A DNA stretch of 64,000 nt from an uncultured Poribacteria bacterium (GTDB lineage Bacteria > Poribacteria > WGA-4E > WGA-3G), in NCBI GenBank assembly GCA_951813565.1, contig OX638351.1, forward strand, positions 1,568,001-1,632,000. The letters run 5' to 3'. Below are positions 10,542-19,751 of this stretch, in pieces; within the stretch, counting starts at the first letter, position 1, and the number at the start of each line of letters is the position of its first letter. Below the pieces are notes generated by a model. It was not told the DNA's origin. It was given only the letters and a program-made list of their open reading frames with translations, and made no database searches. Made by a program: the position numbers and the translations under genes.

Positions 10542-10805
10542 CTATAGTTTGGACAATTCCTGTTAATCTCCTGTTGAGTTTTCAAGTATTTTCCTATTTT
10601 TGCGAGTTTATGTCGGATCGTAACTTGCAAAAAAGAAGCATATTGAAGCAGCCCCAGCGGGGCGAAAGGTGTATAGAAAACGATATCCTCACCATAACAA
10701 GCCCCAGCGGGGCGAAAGGTGTATCCGGGGAAATCCTATGGATGCCATGGTGTTTCTATTAAATCAGACTATCACTCATGAACATAAAATCTGTCCAAAC
10801 TATAG
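10542..10805. mobile_element. MITE with terminal inverted repeats and TA flanks
   Basis: TACTATAGTTTGGACA (10540-10555) and TGTCCAAACTATAGTA (10792-10807) form a perfect 16-bp IR including the TA; no transposase inside. Confidence 0.75.
10650..10724 (+). repeat. direct doublet of a 25-bp REP-like hairpin
   Basis: AGCCCCAGCGGGGCGAAAGGTGTAT at 10650 and 10700; GCCCC-AGC-GGGGC stem. Confidence 0.85.
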
Positions 10806-10895
10806 TAAAGAAATAGAACGTTTGTTGTTGCGCAATTTATTGCGCCTCATACATTCTTTTCAAATATGCCAATGTCTTGTAGGGAAAGAAAAGAA

Positions 10896-11735
10896 ATGAA
10901 GTCATCTATAATATATCTGATAGTGATTTTGACAGTTGTGATTGTGGGGTGTGGTCCTTCGACGCGATCATATTGGGAACCTACAGCGTGGCATGTTCAA
11001 GAAAACAAGAGTAACGTTCCAGAAATTGGTACGTTACAGGACAATCAATTCAATTATAACGTTATTGTAACAGATTTTGGTAAAGTAGTCCGGGGTTATG
11101 ATATCATTGATGGAACACCGTACGTAACCCAAAAACCTAAAAAACTGATTGCTGTTGTCGTAAGATGCCAAAATACGTCAAATGGAACACTGCTATTAGA
11201 TTCCGATCCAATTCAACTGATTGATGCTTCTCAAACACTCGCTAAGAAATTGACGCATCAAGAGGTAATATTCAGACTTTATGGGGGTAGAATGCGACAG
11301 TCATCACAGTTAAGACGACTTAGGGAACTCAAAAGACCTATGCCGGAAATGTCAACTTTTCTCGGTGCTGTCCTCGCCGGTTATGTTGAAGCATTAAGAG
11401 CTGATGAACGTGCGATGATAATCAATGAAATATATCAAAAAGAATATGCAGGATATGATATTCTTCACCAACGGTTTGAACCGAGTTCATTACCCAGTGG
11501 CGTTTCTACAAATTGGGTACAGTACTATCAATATTCCCCTGGACCTATTAGAATCGTATTGCAAGGACAGAATGTTAGTGATGGGCTTCTATTTGCTTTA
11601 CCACCACCAAAACCGCCTCCTGCCAAACCCGCACCTGTGGAAGTAGAAAAACACGAATTTTCACCCGGTATATTTATTGCGTTTGTAGGAATAATAGTTG
11701 GTGCTGTCATTATTGGATCAAGTTTAATTGACTAA
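10896..11735 (+). CDS. putative lipoprotein with a Pro-rich linker and C-terminal TM helix
   Basis: MKSSIIYLIVILTVVIVGC lipobox-like signal; PPPKPPPAKPAP; hydrophobic C-terminus. Confidence 0.7.
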   Translation: MKSSIIYLIVILTVVIVGCGPSTRSYWEPTAWHVQENKSNVPEIGTLQDNQFNYNVIVTDFGKVVRGYDIIDGTPYVTQKPKKLIAVVVRCQNTSNGTLLLDSDPIQLIDASQTLAKKLTHQEVIFRLYGGRMRQSSQLRRLRELKRPMPEMSTFLGAVLAGYVEALRADERAMIINEIYQKEYAGYDILHQRFEPSSLPSGVSTNWVQYYQYSPGPIRIVLQGQNVSDGLLFALPPPKPPPAKPAPVEVEKHEFSPGIFIAFVGIIVGAVIIGSSLID

Positions 11736-11811
11736 TTGCTTTAGGATTTCACATTGTTAGACTTAACCTACTACAAACTGACTGCCGATTGCCAACAAAA
11801 GGAAAACATTG

Positions 11812-12336
11812 ATGTCAGAGGAAATTATACAAATCGAAACACCATTTCAGTTTAACGAAGAAAACAAACAAGAATTTGACGAACTGATTGGTCGGTACCC
11901 TGTTAAAGAAGCCGCGATGCTTCCTACGCTCCACTTGGCACAACGGCAAGAAGGTTATATTAGTCCTGCTGTCATGAAGTATGTCGCGGAATTGTTGGAA
12001 CTTTCCGTGATGAAGGTAAAAGACGTGGTAACCTTCTATCCGATGTTCTTTGAGGAACCGGTTGGCAAGTATGTTATCCGCGTCTGTCATACGCTGCCTT
12101 GTGCACTGCGCGACTGTAAGGTAGTTTTGGAACATCTCAAAGCGAAACTCGGTACAGACATCGCTTCGGAAACGAATCTCGCAAAAGGGACAACTGATGA
12201 TGGTAAGTTCACCTTGATGAAAGTTGAGTGCCTCGCATCGTGTGATGTGGCACCTGTTATTATGGTGAATGACGATTTATATAAAAATTTGACCCCGGAA
12301 AAGGTTGATGAAATTTTAGCGCAGCTTCCAAGCTAA
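11812..12336 (+). CDS. nuoE: NADH-quinone oxidoreductase subunit E
   Basis: VVTFYPMF, CHTLPC...CLASCDVAP 2Fe-2S ligands. Confidence 0.95.
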   Translation: MSEEIIQIETPFQFNEENKQEFDELIGRYPVKEAAMLPTLHLAQRQEGYISPAVMKYVAELLELSVMKVKDVVTFYPMFFEEPVGKYVIRVCHTLPCALRDCKVVLEHLKAKLGTDIASETNLAKGTTDDGKFTLMKVECLASCDVAPVIMVNDDLYKNLTPEKVDEILAQLPS

Positions 12337-12372
12337 ATTAGGAATAATGGACTAAAGATCGGAGAAATTAGG

Positions 12373-13152
12373 ATGGCGATAAAAGAAGGTTTTTTTATCG
12401 CAGATTGTGTGGAATTTATGAACGGTATGGATGCAGGTATCGTGGACTTAACTGTGACATCGCCGCCTTACGATAATCTGCGCCACTACGAGGGTTATTC
12501 GTTTGATTTTGAGAATATCGCCAAGCAACTATATAGAGTGACCAAACAAGGCGGGATCGTTGTTTGGGTAGTCGGTGACAAAATTAATGGTGGTCGAACA
12601 CTCACAAGTTTTCGGCAAGGACTATTTTTTCAAGAGATCGGTTTTCAGATGCACGATGTCATGATCTATCAGAAAAAGAATACACCTTTTATGCGGAGCA
12701 ACGCTTACACAAACTGCTACGAATTTATGTTTGTATTGTCAAAAGGAAAACCTAATATCTTCAATCCGTTGAAAACCAGAACTGCCAGACACGGGCCGGA
12801 AATGCTTGTTCACAATAAGGGCCCTGATGGTATCAATAAAAAAGTCCTAAAAGAGTTGAAAAAGGAAAAGACTCGAACAAATATCTGGCAGTATGCAGTA
12901 GGTTTAGGTGGCACAACAAAGGATAGAATAGCGTTTCAGCACCCCGCTGTTTTTCCTGAAAAATTAGCAGAAGATCATATTTTGTCGTGGACCAATTCCG
13001 GCGATCTTGTATTTGATCCCATGTGTGGAAGCGGTACAACCGGTAAAATGGCACTCAAAAATAATCGAAAATTCATCGGAGTTGATATTTCCAAAGAATA
13101 CATCACTATAGCAAAAAAACGCATAGAAGGGATAACTACAACTCTATTATGA
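12373..13152 (+). CDS. beta-class DNA amino-methyltransferase (probably N4-C), cognate to the Hpy99I-like nuclease
   Basis: TSPPY motif IV precedes DPMCGSGTT motif I; HPAVFP. Confidence 0.9.
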   Translation: MAIKEGFFIADCVEFMNGMDAGIVDLTVTSPPYDNLRHYEGYSFDFENIAKQLYRVTKQGGIVVWVVGDKINGGRTLTSFRQGLFFQEIGFQMHDVMIYQKKNTPFMRSNAYTNCYEFMFVLSKGKPNIFNPLKTRTARHGPEMLVHNKGPDGINKKVLKELKKEKTRTNIWQYAVGLGGTTKDRIAFQHPAVFPEKLAEDHILSWTNSGDLVFDPMCGSGTTGKMALKNNRKFIGVDISKEYITIAKKRIEGITTTLL

Positions 13153-13713
13153 AACTTGACGATTTTGTCATTGCTACTCAACCTATCAATGGTATTGTTC
13201 CTAAATTCTGTTGGGATCGTCAATTCAATTGACAAAGGAAAGGCACAAGTCTATTTCATTGGAAAGAATAAAGTGATAATAGCATCTCTTGATTCTATTT
13301 CCGTTATAGATGTTGAGAAGGTAGGAGGTGAATACCCAAACAAAATATGCAATGTGTGCCACATATTCAAACCTACAGAGGAGTTCAGCAGGAATCAGAA
13401 TCAGGCTGGTGGGAGACCTATTAGACGGCCAAGTTGTCAAAGTTGTAGAAAAGTTATTGATGGAAAGAAGTTGACTGCTGCAGAACGGAAAAGGATGAAT
13501 GAGAAACGACCACCAAATAAAACCGTTTTTGTGTGTCCTGTCTGTGAAAAGCGAACAATCGTAGGTATTACTGCAAATATCGTTGCTGATCATGACCACG
13601 AAACAGGAAAAGGGCGAGAATGGATATGTGACAGTTGCAATACAGGTTTAGGTCGATTCAAGGATGATATTGCGATCTTAGAAAGGGTCATTGATTACCT
13701 AAAACGTTTTTGA
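13149..13713 (+). pseudogene. Hpy99I-like beta-beta-alpha-Me restriction endonuclease with a +1 frameshift
   Basis: ATG at 13149 overlaps the MTase stop and reads MKLDDFVIATQPINGIVP; it continues NSVGIV in another frame; CxxC pairs and DHDH...REWICDSCNTGLGRFKD as recalled for Hpy99I. Confidence 0.8.
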
Positions 13714-13734
13714 GGATTTGCATATTTAACAATA

Positions 13735-13893
13735 ACGTGAGTTTGATAATTAACTGGACAGGCAAAAATTGAACAGAGAACGGGCATATTTGCTGAAAAA
13801 AATCGTTATTTTGGTGTTTTTAACCCTAAATCCCCCTTATCAGAGGACTTTAAGAGGAAATGTAGAAATCCTAACTATTTATCAAACTCACGT
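13735..13893. mobile_element. MITE with terminal inverted repeats and TA flanks
   Basis: TAACGTGAGTTTGATAA (13733-13749) and TTATCAAACTCACGTTA (13879-13895) form a perfect 17-bp IR. Confidence 0.75.
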
Positions 13894-13995
13894 TAACAAT
13901 ATGACGAAACTATAATTTTTGGAAATTTTCTTATACTTTACTATAATCTGTTTTATTTCACTTGCTATTACGAGACAATATTATAGAGGAAAAAT

Positions 13996-15474
13996 ATGGT
14001 TCAAGAGAAACGGATTCTTTACGAGCATCTGGATGTACCAAATATAAACACCTTTGATGTCTTTCGACAACATGAAGGTTACACCCGTTTTGAAAAGGCT
14101 ATCGCCGAATATCAACCTGAAGAAATTGCACAAATGGTGTGGGATGCAGGGTTGAAAGGTAGAGGCGGTGCTGGTTTTTCCACCGGGGAAAAGTGGAGTT
14201 TTGTCCCAAGGGATATTGAGCCGCGTTATCTCTGTTGCAACGCTGACGAAAGTGAGCCTGGCACCTTCAGTAATCGTTATGTCTTGGAGAAAAATCCGCA
14301 TCTATTAATTGAAGGTATCCTCATCTGTTGCTATGCAATGGGAATTGAGACCACTTATGTTTACATCCGTGGTGAATTCACGCTTGGGAAAAAGATGTTA
14401 GATGCCGCCATTAAAGAGGCTTACGAACAAGGTTATCTTGGGGAAAATGTCCGCGGCACAGGACAAACTATTAACATCTATACGCATCCGGGTGCTGGTG
14501 CATATATCTGTGGTGAAGAGACTGGATTGATTGAATCGCTTGAGGGGAAACGGGGACAACCCCGCAACAAACCGCCTTTCCCTGCTGTACAAGGTGTGTT
14601 CATGAAACCCACCGTCGTGCAGAATGTGGAAACTTTGTGCAACCTACCCTTCATCGTCGGGAATGGTGTGGAATGGTATACACAGATGGGACCGACATAC
14701 GGAGATGCGCGATTTGATCCGCCAAAAGCAGACCCGAACACAGGCACAAAACTCTATTGTATCAGTGGTGATGTCAACGAACCGGGTGTTTATGAATTGG
14801 AACTCGGTTTGACATGCACAGAGCTTATTGAGGTAGCAGGAGGCTTGCGCGGTGAAGAAGTCAAAGCTGTAATTCCTGGCGGCAGTTCCGCACCGATCTT
14901 AACACATTACGAATTAGACACACGACTTGATTTTACATCGCTCACGCTTGCAAAATCTATGTTAGGTTCGGGTGGTATCATTGTGATGAATGAAACCCGC
15001 AATATCGTTGATTGCTTGCTCAATATCATGAAATTCTACGCGCATGAATCGTGTGGGCAATGCACACCGTGTCGGTGGGGCACGCCGTGGGTGCGTGATA
15101 TTGTTCAACGGATTGCCGATGGTGAAGGCAGACAAACCACTATCACACGACCAAAGTTTGGCGTCACTGAAAGCGGCAGATGGGGTGATACTGGCGAAAC
15201 AGAAGAAATTTACGAAGACCTCGATCTGCTGGAAAACGTTGCGAACAACATTGCGAACGTGGATACGATGACATGGAACACTATCTGTGTCTTTGGTATT
15301 GCTGTTTCGTGGCCAGCAGTCAGTTATATGCGCAAGTTCAGACCTGAATTTGAGGCTACTATCCGAGAAAGTAAATTGGTCACCTTGCCTGTTGCTGAAG
15401 CGACAGTACCACCAGAGGAAAATTACGCTTATCAACAGCGGTTTATTCCGAAAGAGTTTGCTGACTTGGAATAG
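13996..15474 (+). CDS. nuoF: NADH-quinone oxidoreductase subunit F
   Basis: GLKGRGGAGF, NADESEPGT, GAYICGEETGL, ESCGQCTPCR...C. Confidence 0.97.
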   Translation: MVQEKRILYEHLDVPNINTFDVFRQHEGYTRFEKAIAEYQPEEIAQMVWDAGLKGRGGAGFSTGEKWSFVPRDIEPRYLCCNADESEPGTFSNRYVLEKNPHLLIEGILICCYAMGIETTYVYIRGEFTLGKKMLDAAIKEAYEQGYLGENVRGTGQTINIYTHPGAGAYICGEETGLIESLEGKRGQPRNKPPFPAVQGVFMKPTVVQNVETLCNLPFIVGNGVEWYTQMGPTYGDARFDPPKADPNTGTKLYCISGDVNEPGVYELELGLTCTELIEVAGGLRGEEVKAVIPGGSSAPILTHYELDTRLDFTSLTLAKSMLGSGGIIVMNETRNIVDCLLNIMKFYAHESCGQCTPCRWGTPWVRDIVQRIADGEGRQTTITRPKFGVTESGRWGDTGETEEIYEDLDLLENVANNIANVDTMTWNTICVFGIAVSWPAVSYMRKFRPEFEATIRESKLVTLPVAEATVPPEENYAYQQRFIPKEFADLE

Positions 15475-15521
15475 AGGTAAAGTGAGGACATAATTGGCGA
15501 CGGTCAAAAGGAACATCTATT

Positions 15522-15908
15522 ATGAGGACGTTGTTTTTTACCATTATGGTATTTTTATGTCTAAGCACTGTCGCGTCTGCGGAACTAAGCGTTGAAGACT
15601 TAGAAAAGATCCGCCAGATTGTAAACGAGGCAGAGGTGCGTTTAGAAAAGCGGATCACCGAAACTGAGGTGCGTTTAGAAAAACACTTTGCTGATCGCTT
15701 CACAGATCAAAGCAAAAGGTTAGACTTTCATGCAACATTGATAATAACACTCATCGGCGCGCTTATAGCCTTTGTGGGTGTGCCGTTAGTCCTAATTGCA
15801 TATCAGCAGAACAGACGCATACAACAAGACGATACCATAAAAGCACAAGCTACGGAGATTCAGGCATTGCGCGAGAAATTTGAGTCACTTGAAAAATTGT
15901 TAAGTTGA
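15522..15908 (+). CDS. hypothetical exported coiled-coil/TM protein
   Basis: Signal peptide, duplicated EVRLEK coiled coil, one TM helix, coiled-coil tail. Confidence 0.7.
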   Translation: MRTLFFTIMVFLCLSTVASAELSVEDLEKIRQIVNEAEVRLEKRITETEVRLEKHFADRFTDQSKRLDFHATLIITLIGALIAFVGVPLVLIAYQQNRRIQQDDTIKAQATEIQALREKFESLEKLLS

Positions 15909-15952
15909 CATAAGCTTAACTTTTCTGGTAGGAACACATTGGAGTAATATTT

Positions 15953-17608
15953 ATGGCATTTATTAAACTGAATGACCTTGAAATAGAGGTTGAAGACGGA
16001 ACAAATGTAGTTGAGATTGCAAGGCAACACGGCATTGAGGTGCCTCACTACTGTTATCATCCAGGATTGAGCCGTCCGGCAAACTGTAGAATGTGTCTCG
16101 TTGAACCTTACGGTCCCATACCAGGTGCTCCTCCAGGCACAATTGGTCCAGCACGACAATTAGCAACGGGCTGTACAACTACCGTTCGAACTGCACCACC
16201 TGAACGAAAATTGGAAGATAAATATGATGCTATCGTTTACACAGATAGTCCCCGTGTAAAAAAGGCACGGGAAGATATACTTGAATTTTTGCTTGTGCAT
16301 CATCCACTTGATTGCCCCGTCTGTGACCAAGCAGGTGAATGCGATCTGCAAGACTTTAGTTACCGGCATGGGCACGATAAGAGTCGGTATCTGGAAGTCA
16401 AAAACGTTCCGCCAAAGAAGGACTTAGGTCCGGATGTTTTGCTTTATTCAACACGTTGTATCGTCTGCACGCGGTGTATCCGATTCTGTGATGAGGTTTC
16501 AGGGAGTGGTGAACTTGGTTTGATTAATCGCGGTTCCCACGACGAGATTGATATTCCCCGAAGCCATGAAGGGATTCCCATTCAGTTGCTTGATAATAAA
16601 CTGGCTGGAAATGTCGTAGATATATGCCCCGTTGGTGCGCTCATTAGTAAGGATTTCCTGTTCAAATCTCGTCCGTGGTTTATGGAAAAGGCAAATAGCA
16701 TCTGTTCAGGATGTAGTGTTGGCTGTAACGTCACGGTTGAGTATAAAGCAGATGGTGTTTATCGCATCAAGCCTCGCTTCCATGCAGATATTAACCAACA
16801 CTGGATGTGTGACGATGGTCGCCTCGGTTACCACTATGTCAACAGCGATGACCGCCTCCAACTTCCCCAAAAGAGAGTTGATGGCGAACTCTTAACAACG
16901 CAGTGGGCAGATGCCTTGACGTTGATAACCGAAAATTTATCCGAAGTTGATGCGGCGGATATTGTTGTTATCGGTTCTGCGCAAGGCACGAATGAAGACA
17001 ACTACGTTTTACAGCAGTTTGCACATGATGTGCTAAAGACAACGCAATTGGGGCTCTTTGGGCAGCTGCCCGGTGAAGAACACAAATTCCCGCAATTTAC
17101 CATTGAAGCGGACAAGAACCCGAACACCGCAGGTGCGCGAACAGTCCTCGGTTCTGCAAATGGAAACGTCGTTTTAGAAGGCGATGCGCTTTGGGAAAAA
17201 GTCGCAGGTGCGAAGGTTGTATATCTCGTTAGCGGTGTGCCGGAACGCGCGCTTGAAGATGTTGAAAGAGAAGCATTAGAAAAGGTTGATTTCCTAATTG
17301 TGCAAGATGTTTTACCATCAGAGGTTACGGAATTAGCCGATGTGGTATTACCGGGGACAACGTTCGCGGAAAAAGACGGCACCTTCACCAATTCGACAGG
17401 ATGGGTTCAACGAATTCGTAAGGCAATTGATCCACCGGGTGAAGCGCAGGTAGATTGGGAAATTACACAGCAGCTTGCAAAGCATCTCGGTGGAGAGATT
17501 GACTACCATTTCGCGGGTGAGATTGCCATAGCAATTGCAGAGAATGTAGAGGGATACAGTGACGCAACACATCAAAATATTGGAGATGCGGGTATTAAGT
17601 TAGACTAA
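15953..17608 (+). CDS. nuoG: NADH-quinone oxidoreductase subunit G (short, 551 aa)
   Basis: CYHPGL...CRMC, HPLDCPVCDQAGEC, CIVCTRC, CSGCSVGC...C, EKDGTFTN. Confidence 0.93.
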   Translation: MAFIKLNDLEIEVEDGTNVVEIARQHGIEVPHYCYHPGLSRPANCRMCLVEPYGPIPGAPPGTIGPARQLATGCTTTVRTAPPERKLEDKYDAIVYTDSPRVKKAREDILEFLLVHHPLDCPVCDQAGECDLQDFSYRHGHDKSRYLEVKNVPPKKDLGPDVLLYSTRCIVCTRCIRFCDEVSGSGELGLINRGSHDEIDIPRSHEGIPIQLLDNKLAGNVVDICPVGALISKDFLFKSRPWFMEKANSICSGCSVGCNVTVEYKADGVYRIKPRFHADINQHWMCDDGRLGYHYVNSDDRLQLPQKRVDGELLTTQWADALTLITENLSEVDAADIVVIGSAQGTNEDNYVLQQFAHDVLKTTQLGLFGQLPGEEHKFPQFTIEADKNPNTAGARTVLGSANGNVVLEGDALWEKVAGAKVVYLVSGVPERALEDVEREALEKVDFLIVQDVLPSEVTELADVVLPGTTFAEKDGTFTNSTGWVQRIRKAIDPPGEAQVDWEITQQLAKHLGGEIDYHFAGEIAIAIAENVEGYSDATHQNIGDAGIKLD

Positions 17609-17650
17609 CTCGCTAACTTCAATCATGCGCGTCATCAAGAAGGAGAAAGT

Positions 17651-18844
17651 ATGGATATAGATATAGTAAGTATTATAATTATTCCAATCATCAAAATTCT
17701 CTTCATTGCCCATCTGCTGATTATTGGCGTGATGGCGATGATTTGGTCTGAGCGGCGAGTGAGTGGATGGATGCAGGATCGACTCGGACCGAATCGCGTT
17801 GGACCGCAAGGACTACTCCAACCTATCGCAGATGGGATTAAGTTCCTCTTTAAGGAAGACCTCATCCCAAATCACGTAGATAAGCCACTTTACGTGCTTG
17901 CCCCCGCCATGCTTTTAGTCCCTGCGATGATTGCGATTGCTGTTGTGCCGTTTGGTGACTCTATTAGCGTATTCGGGTATGATAATATACCTCTTCAAAT
18001 TGCTGACATTAACATCGGAATTCTGTATATTTTAGCGATAACGTCGCTTGGGGTTTACGGTGTTGTTATCGGTGCGTGGGCATCAAATAATAAATACTCA
18101 CTTTTAGGTGGTTTACGTTCATCTGCACAAATGATAAGTTACGAATTGACACTGGGATTGGCAATTATTGGTGTGCTGATGCTTTCCGAATCGCTCAGTC
18201 TTCGCACAATCGCTGAAGGACAAGGATCATATCCGTGGAAATGGAACTTTCTCATACACTTCCCCGCCTTTCTTGCATTTACAACAGCAATGTTCGCAGA
18301 AACAAACCGATTGCCTTTTGACCTTGCCGAAGCAGAACAGGAACTTGTCGCAGGGTACCATACTGAATACAGCAGTATGAAATTCGCGATATTCTTCATG
18401 GCAGAATATATGAACATGATCGTGGGTTCTGCTGTGGTTGTAACGCTTTTCTTAGGCGGATGGCACTTCTTTGGATTAGAAAATATGGGAGGTCCCTTCT
18501 GGAGTGGAGTTATCTCATTTGTGATCTTCTTTATCAAAACGGGTATTTTCTTGTTCGTGTTTATTTGGGTGCGTTGGACACTTCCACGATTCCGATATGA
18601 CCAACTCATGAATTTCGGTTGGAAATTCTTGTTACCAGTTGCGTTGACATCAATCGTTGTTACCGGCACCTTATCAATAGTGACAAAAGGAAATCTTCTG
18701 TGGATAGGGATCGGTAATGTTGTTGGAGCGTTTATCGTTGTAGCAATCGTTGCGGGGATGCTTGCCATGGACAATAACAGCAAATCTGCAGCGCAAAGCA
18801 CTCCTGCTGCTGCACCGCTGCGCGGATTAGACGCAGTAGAATAG
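17651..18844 (+). CDS. nuoH: NADH-quinone oxidoreductase subunit H
   Basis: RLGPNRVGP.GLLQPIADG.K, ETNRLPFDL.EAEQELV.GY.TEYS, PRFRYDQLM. Confidence 0.98.
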   Translation: MDIDIVSIIIIPIIKILFIAHLLIIGVMAMIWSERRVSGWMQDRLGPNRVGPQGLLQPIADGIKFLFKEDLIPNHVDKPLYVLAPAMLLVPAMIAIAVVPFGDSISVFGYDNIPLQIADINIGILYILAITSLGVYGVVIGAWASNNKYSLLGGLRSSAQMISYELTLGLAIIGVLMLSESLSLRTIAEGQGSYPWKWNFLIHFPAFLAFTTAMFAETNRLPFDLAEAEQELVAGYHTEYSSMKFAIFFMAEYMNMIVGSAVVVTLFLGGWHFFGLENMGGPFWSGVISFVIFFIKTGIFLFVFIWVRWTLPRFRYDQLMNFGWKFLLPVALTSIVVTGTLSIVTKGNLLWIGIGNVVGAFIVVAIVAGMLAMDNNSKSAAQSTPAAAPLRGLDAVE

Positions 18845-18855
18845 GAGACGTGCTA

Positions 18856-19398
18856 ATGACTGCAGAAATGATTCTATTTTTTATCTTTGGCGCCGTGGCA
18901 CTAATCGGTGCGATCGCTGTCATCTCGTTTCGGCATCCGATCTATAGTGCGCTTTCGCTTATAGTGACATTTTTCGCACAAGCGGGATTGTTCGTGCTTT
19001 TGGGCGCGCACTTCGTTGCTGCTGTTCAAGTGATTGTGTATGCTGGGGCGATTATGGTGTTGTTCCTCTTTGTGATTATGCTGCTGAACCTTGGCACACT
19101 TTCTGCGAAAGGTGCTCTCACAGGGAAACTGAAAGGCGTTGCGATAATTTTGGGCATTCTTTTGGCTGCCCAAGGCATTTATATTGCCGTTAACGCACTC
19201 AATGATACTGCGGTCGGATCGGAAAAAGCAATGGAAAAGGCAGCTGCCCTCGCTGAAAACCCGATTGAAACTTACGATATTGGCGAGCTTTTATTTACTA
19301 AATACCTTTTGCCGTTTGAAGTTACCTCGCTTATTTTGTTGGCAGCATTGATTGGCGTTATTGTCTTGGTAAAACGCGAAAACCAAACTGAAAACTAA
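18856..19398 (+). CDS. nuoJ: NADH-quinone oxidoreductase subunit J
   Basis: QVIVYAGAIMVLFLFVIMLL, YLLPFEVTS. Confidence 0.96.
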   Translation: MTAEMILFFIFGAVALIGAIAVISFRHPIYSALSLIVTFFAQAGLFVLLGAHFVAAVQVIVYAGAIMVLFLFVIMLLNLGTLSAKGALTGKLKGVAIILGILLAAQGIYIAVNALNDTAVGSEKAMEKAAALAENPIETYDIGELLFTKYLLPFEVTSLILLAALIGVIVLVKRENQTEN

Positions 19399-19448
19399 CA
19401 GCAGTTTAAGATATAGGATTTAAAATATAGTAAGAAAAAGGATTTTAT

Positions 19449-19748
19449 ATGTCGTTAGAGTATTATCTCATCTTGAGCGCGCTTCTGTTTACAATAGGCG
19501 TTATCGGTGTTCTCATCCGCAGAAATGCAATTATCATCTTTATGTGTATTGAACTGATGCTAAACGCAGCGAATCTCGCCTTTGTAGCAATCAGTCGGAG
19601 TCTTGGTGATCCAGATGGACAGTTGTTCGTCTTTTTCGTGATGGCTGTCGCTGCTGCCGAAGTCGCAATCGGATTAGCAATTATTGTCAGTGTTTTCAAG
19701 CATCGGGAAACAATTAATGTGGATGAAGTTAATTCGCTGAAAGGATAA
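19449..19748 (+). CDS. nuoK: NADH-quinone oxidoreductase subunit K
   Basis: RRNAI...[18 protein letters not shown]. Confidence 0.97.
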   Translation: MSLEYYLILSALLFTIGVIGVLIRRNAIIIFMCIELMLNAANLAFVAISRSLGDPDGQLFVFFVMAVAAAEVAIGLAIIVSVFKHRETINVDEVNSLKG

Positions 19749-19751
19749 AAC

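Noticed and set aside
10650..10724. Repeat-spacer-repeat as a mini CRISPR array
   Set aside because: Only two copies, no cas genes, REP-like hairpin, located inside a MITE
10574..10899. ORFs of 62 and 76 aa
   Set aside because: They lie across the MITE and REP doublet and are probably spurious
18139..18801. 220-aa antisense ORF and similar antisense ORFs over nuo, atp and DUF5916 genes
   Set aside because: Shadow frames of well-supported genes, with no motifs
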